Origin: Felis catus
Taxonomy: Eukaryota
Direction of reading: 5' to 3'
Assembly: GCF_018350175.1 (NCBI RefSeq)
Contig: NC_058368.1
Coordinates: forward strand, 177,632,001-177,696,000
Length of the DNA: 64,000 nt
Position numbers and translations under genes: made by a program. Positions 60,563 through 64,000 of this stretch are shown here, piece by piece. The notes beneath the pieces were generated by a model. That model saw only the letters and a list, made by a program, of their open reading frames with translations, was not told the origin of the DNA and made no database searches. Position 1 is the stretch's first letter. Each line of letters begins with the position of its first letter.

Positions 60563-60571
60563 TCAATTCGC
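60563..60571 (-). CDS. NPM1: NPM1 alternative terminal exon (B23.2/short isoform), coding part Ala-Asn-stop
   Basis: Acceptor TAATTACAG|GCG AAT TGA. The downstream UTR resembles the human short-isoform UTR as I recall it and ends at AATAAA 60253-60248. Confidence 0.82.
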   Translation of the reverse strand, partial: AN

Positions 60572-61207
60572 CTGTAATTAAACCAAGGAGATAGGTCCAT
60601 ATTAAAATGGGGGGGGGAGGGTTATCTAAAAAGGTCATTTTAGCACTGTGTGAAAGGGATAAATATAAAGCAGTGACACCAGAAGACTAGAAAGGTTTAC
60701 AGTATTACTAAAGCAAAAACAATACATAATACGTTCTGCTTCTAAATGTTATTTTTCCAACTGACTCTTCACTGCACAAGGAAATCTCCTGAAGCTAGGT
60801 AGAACCTAGAAAACACAGGAAAAACATGGGCAAAGGAGCAACTTTTCCTCACCATCCGCGTTTATTCTCAAAAACTGGGGTCTAATATTATATCTCTCAG
60901 AATTCTAGCTTTTCTCAAATGTTTGAATACATTTAAATTGATTATTCCATTCCATTTTCTACAAGTCCAAATTCACTAGTTTAAGAAGTTTAGTTCTCCG
61001 GTCAAGTAAGCATCAGGATGAGAGCAAATTTCTTGTTTCCACTATTTAAGACAAAAGGTAACTAAATGTAAGCGTATTGGTCAAAGATCCACATATATTG
61101 ACTTGGTAATACCTTGGTGTAAAAGGCAAATAAAAGGACTCAAATTAGGAGGTTTTTTTTTTAACTATACCAAGCAACCAGCAGCTTGCAATTTTGTAAG
61201 ACTCATA

Positions 61208-61220
61208 CGCCCTCTGCTGG
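61208..61220 (-). promoter_or_regulatory. CTCF core motif in NPM1 intron 9, reverse orientation
   Basis: Minus strand CCAGCAGAGGGCG, a GC-rich motif isolated in AT-rich intron sequence. Confidence 0.65.
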
Positions 61221-61561
61221 TTCTGTAGCATCTTACAAAAAGAAAGGAAAATGTTCTCATTGAATCTTTAACATCCGAAGTCAGAGACAAATAAATCTTA
61301 AAATCAACTGACTTGTATTTCTTTTATGAAAGAATATATATGTAACTTCAAATACGCAAAAAAAAAAAAAAAAAATCACTGAGACTAGAAATGAATGTAA
61401 ATAACAAGTAATACACTTCTGAAAACCAAGAGCACATAAGGGACAGATACATCAAGGAAAAACAATAAGGAACAACCTTGTTCCAAGCCTTCACAATGGT
61501 GTTTAAGAGAGGGGGAAATATACCTTTATCAAGTTTCTTCAGGAAAGATCATTTTACTCAC

Positions 61562-61663
61562 TTTTTCTATACTTGCTTGCATTTTTGCTTTAATGTCTTC
61601 TACAGAACTAGGTCCTTTCGGTGTTTTGGGAGTCTTTTCCTGTTTTTTGAAAGATTCTTGACC
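61562..61663 (-). CDS. NPM1: NPM1 exon 9 (102 nt, [34 protein letters not shown])
   Basis: Acceptor TTTTCAG|GGT and donor AAA|GTGAGT. Confidence 0.98.
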
Positions 61664-62363
61664 CTGAAAAACAAGTTGAATTTCGAAAGGTTGTAAGTGT
61701 ATACACTTACGTATACTGTTAAAACCCATCCTACATACGTGGATGTTCAAGAAAAGCATTATTTACAATCCTTCCTTGTAAAATGTATACAACCAGAATT
61801 CAGGTATCATAAATTAATTCATGACTGAACAATTATATTCTTAAAATCATTCTTTAAAAAATAGAATAGTTTGAGTTTGTTTTTATATTTCACATCAGAT
61901 TAATTCACACTTAAAAAGGATACCATCAAAATTGAAAGCATAAGGCTCCAAGAATTAAGCAAGTCAATGCAGCTAGATGCCTGATACCCATTCCCATAGC
62001 TTTTAAATAGTAACCTCCAAGACCAGGTATTGTGGTTCCTTTAAGCTGCTATTAGGTTCTAACATGCAGCCAGGGTTGAGAAACTCTGCTATGCCATAAA
62101 TAATATCTTTCAACAAACAAGATTCCTTACAGGAGACAACTCTAACACAATAAAATCTTTGTGCTGGCTTTCTCTTCCACTAGAATGCCAGAAATGATAC
62201 ATATAGGATAACGATTACCAACAAGCATATTTTAGTGCTTTAAGACATCAATTACAAGTGTTCTCCAAGCACTATCAAATTTCAGACTACCTTCTTCCAC
62301 AGAACTTTTAACTTTCCTAACTACTTCAACAAAGACTGTGTTTAGGTATATGATGCCACTCAC

Positions 62364-62447
62364 TTTTGATCTTGGTGTTGATGGTTTTGAGTCTTTTCCA
62401 TTCTGGTTAGATTTTTGTGCATTTTTGGCTGGAGTATCTCGTATAGA
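62364..62447 (-). CDS. NPM1: NPM1 exon 8 (84 nt, [28 protein letters not shown])
   Basis: Acceptor TTGCAG|TCT and donor AAA|GTGAGT; includes the CDK-type TP site. Confidence 0.97.
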
Positions 62448-62673
62448 CTGCAATTATAAATTAATCTTAATCAATGCCCTCCTACGTAACTGCCCCAAAC
62501 CATATAAAAGTAGTAGTTTGCTAAAACAAAAAAAAAAAAAACAAAAAAAAACAAAAAAAAAAAATTCTGACCAAAGTTTTAAAGTGGAAGAAGGCCACAT
62601 GGGTAAAAAAAGTAGATCACTGTCCACTACTAGGAAATCTTAAGACTACCCCAACTCAGGGCTAATTGTTAAA

Positions 62674-62885
62674 TTTTTTTTTCAACGTTTATTTATTTTT
62701 GGGACAGAGAGAGACAGAGCATGAACGGGGGAGGGGCAGAGAGAGAGGGAGACACAGAATCAGAAACAGGCTCCAGGCTCTGAGCCATCAGCCCAGAGCC
62801 TGACGCGGGGCTCGAACTCACGGACCACGAGATCGTGACCTGGCTGAAGTCGGACGCTTAACCGACTGCGCCACCCAGGCGCCCC
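62674..62885 (-). mobile_element. Young felid SINE (SINEC_Fc type) in NPM1 intron 7
   Basis: CpG-intact reverse consensus; TSD gggctaatt(g/t)ttaaa at 62659-62673 and 62888-62902. Confidence 0.95.
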
Positions 62886-63027
62886 ATGGGCTAATTTTTA
62901 AAGTATTAGATCATTAACTCCTCCCAAGCCAGCTTTCATTAACTACAAGTGAAGAGCACAAAAATTTATCTATCATCATTTGTTACTAGCAACTTCTGCC
63001 AACCCTGTACCATTGTATCCTACTTAC

Positions 63028-63085
63028 TTTCTTTACTGGAGCCTTTTCTTCAGCTTCCTCATCATCAAAATCATCATCATCATCA
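63028..63085 (-). CDS. NPM1: NPM1 exon 7 (58 nt, DDDDDFDDEEAEEKAPVKK)
   Basis: Acceptor TTTGTAG|TGA and donor AAA|GTAAGT. Confidence 0.96.
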
Positions 63086-63249
63086 CTACAAATGAAATGA
63101 GTCATTATTACTGATTCAACGCACTCATAAACCAAGAAGCCTATGTAGAAACTGGCTATGAACCAATTTCATAAAAGAGCCGATGAATCAATAAGTTTAG
63201 ACAATCAAATCAAGGTATTAAGAAATTTTGAACTTTCTGGAATTGACAA

Positions 63250-64000
63250 AAAGAACTGAAAGCAGGATCTTAAGAGATATTTGTCCATTCATCATCATTA
63301 TAGCATTATTCACAATTTCCAAGAGGTAGAAGCAACTCACATGTCCATTAACAGTCAAACAGATTTTTAAAATGTTCTATATATTTAATGGAATATTTGA
63401 GGTTTTTTGACAGTTATCACAATTTACATTCTTGGAATATTCTGTTTTAATGAATTCCTGTCACGTGCTGAAGATGAATAAATCTTGAGGACATTAACTG
63501 AAATAAGACAGTCACAAAAAGAAACATACTGTACAATCCCACTTAATATAACACATCAAAAGTAATCTTTATACTCTTTATAGAACCAAAAGTAGAATGG
63601 TGGTTGCCAGGGGCTGAAGACAGAAATGAGTTGTTTTCATTTCATGAGATTTTCAGTATTACTACAAGAGTTTGAGACCTGTCAAACAATGTGAATATGG
63701 ATAACATTCCCGAACTGTACACTTTAAAAAAAAAATGGTTAAAATGAGAATTATGTTTTTACAATTAAAAGGCATAAAAATTTTACAAAGTGGAGATTAT
63801 AGTTTAAAGAAATTAAAATAAACATATCTAACGTTCACAGATCAGTAGAAATATTTTACTGAGGTGGCAACTCTATTAATCTACAGGTTCATCGAAATCC
63901 TTGAGTCCCTGCTGGCTTCTCTATAGAAATTGATCCTAAAATTTGCATCAAAATTCAAGGAACCGAGAGCAGCCAACAACAAACTTGAGAAAGAACAAAG
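63250..64000 (+). mobile_element. Old L1M fragments (3' end and ORF2 remnant) in NPM1 intron 6
   Basis: gcattattcacaat, tagaatggtggttgccagggg and gaactgtacactt L1 3' motifs; degenerate ORF2-like sequence after about 63880. Confidence 0.75.

Larger units (their letters stand above)
55920..64000 (-). other. NPM1: NPM1 gene, 3' portion (continues beyond the window end)
   Basis: Exons encode the acidic tract, the basic region and the C-terminal AIQDLWQWRKSL of nucleophosmin. Introns are present, so this is the parental gene and not a retrocopy. Confidence 0.98.

Noticed and set aside
62364..62447. Exon 8 one codon shorter than human (KPSTPR versus KPSSTPR)
   Set aside because: In frame, and as I recall shared with rodents, so ordinary species variation.
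56252..63085. NPM1 processed pseudogene or AML-type mutant allele
   Set aside because: Canonical introns are present, frames are intact and exon 12 has the wild-type WQW sequence.
1..64000. CRISPR array, prophage or other prokaryotic system
   Set aside because: The window is spliced mammalian DNA with no repeat-spacer array or operon-like ORFs.

Overview
Mammalian genomic DNA, almost certainly felid, judged from the abundant tRNA-derived carnivore SINEs of the cat SINEC_Fc type. Two genes lie in tandem on the minus strand. FGF18 is complete: 5 coding exons at 48623-48592, 48418-48382, 34994-34814, 23978-23872 and 17541-17275, all introns GT-AG, 624 nt = 207 aa + stop. The 3' part of NPM1 (nucleophosmin) is present: exons 7, 8, 9, the alternative terminal exon of the short B23.2 isoform, exon 11 and exon 12. 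The rest is intronic or intergenic DNA with SINEs, L1/L2/MIR fragments, MER DNA transposons, MLT-type LTR remnants, microsatellites, two CpG islands and several motif-dense candidate enhancers. There is no prokaryotic-type system, CRISPR array or recognisable RNA gene, and I cannot claim a new biological system from sequence alone. The best leads are: (1) four upstream AUGs in the FGF18 leader, one opening a spliced 110-aa out-of-frame ORF that reads the CAG/CGG repeat as polyGln/polyArg; (2) convergent CTCF motifs bracketing FGF18; (3) TCF and TCF-RUNX motifs in the promoter and introns; (4) an L2-derived poly(A) signal for the NPM1 short isoform; (5) a locally templated inverted insertion inside a SINE. 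Repeat family names come from recalled consensus sequences, and their boundaries are approximate.
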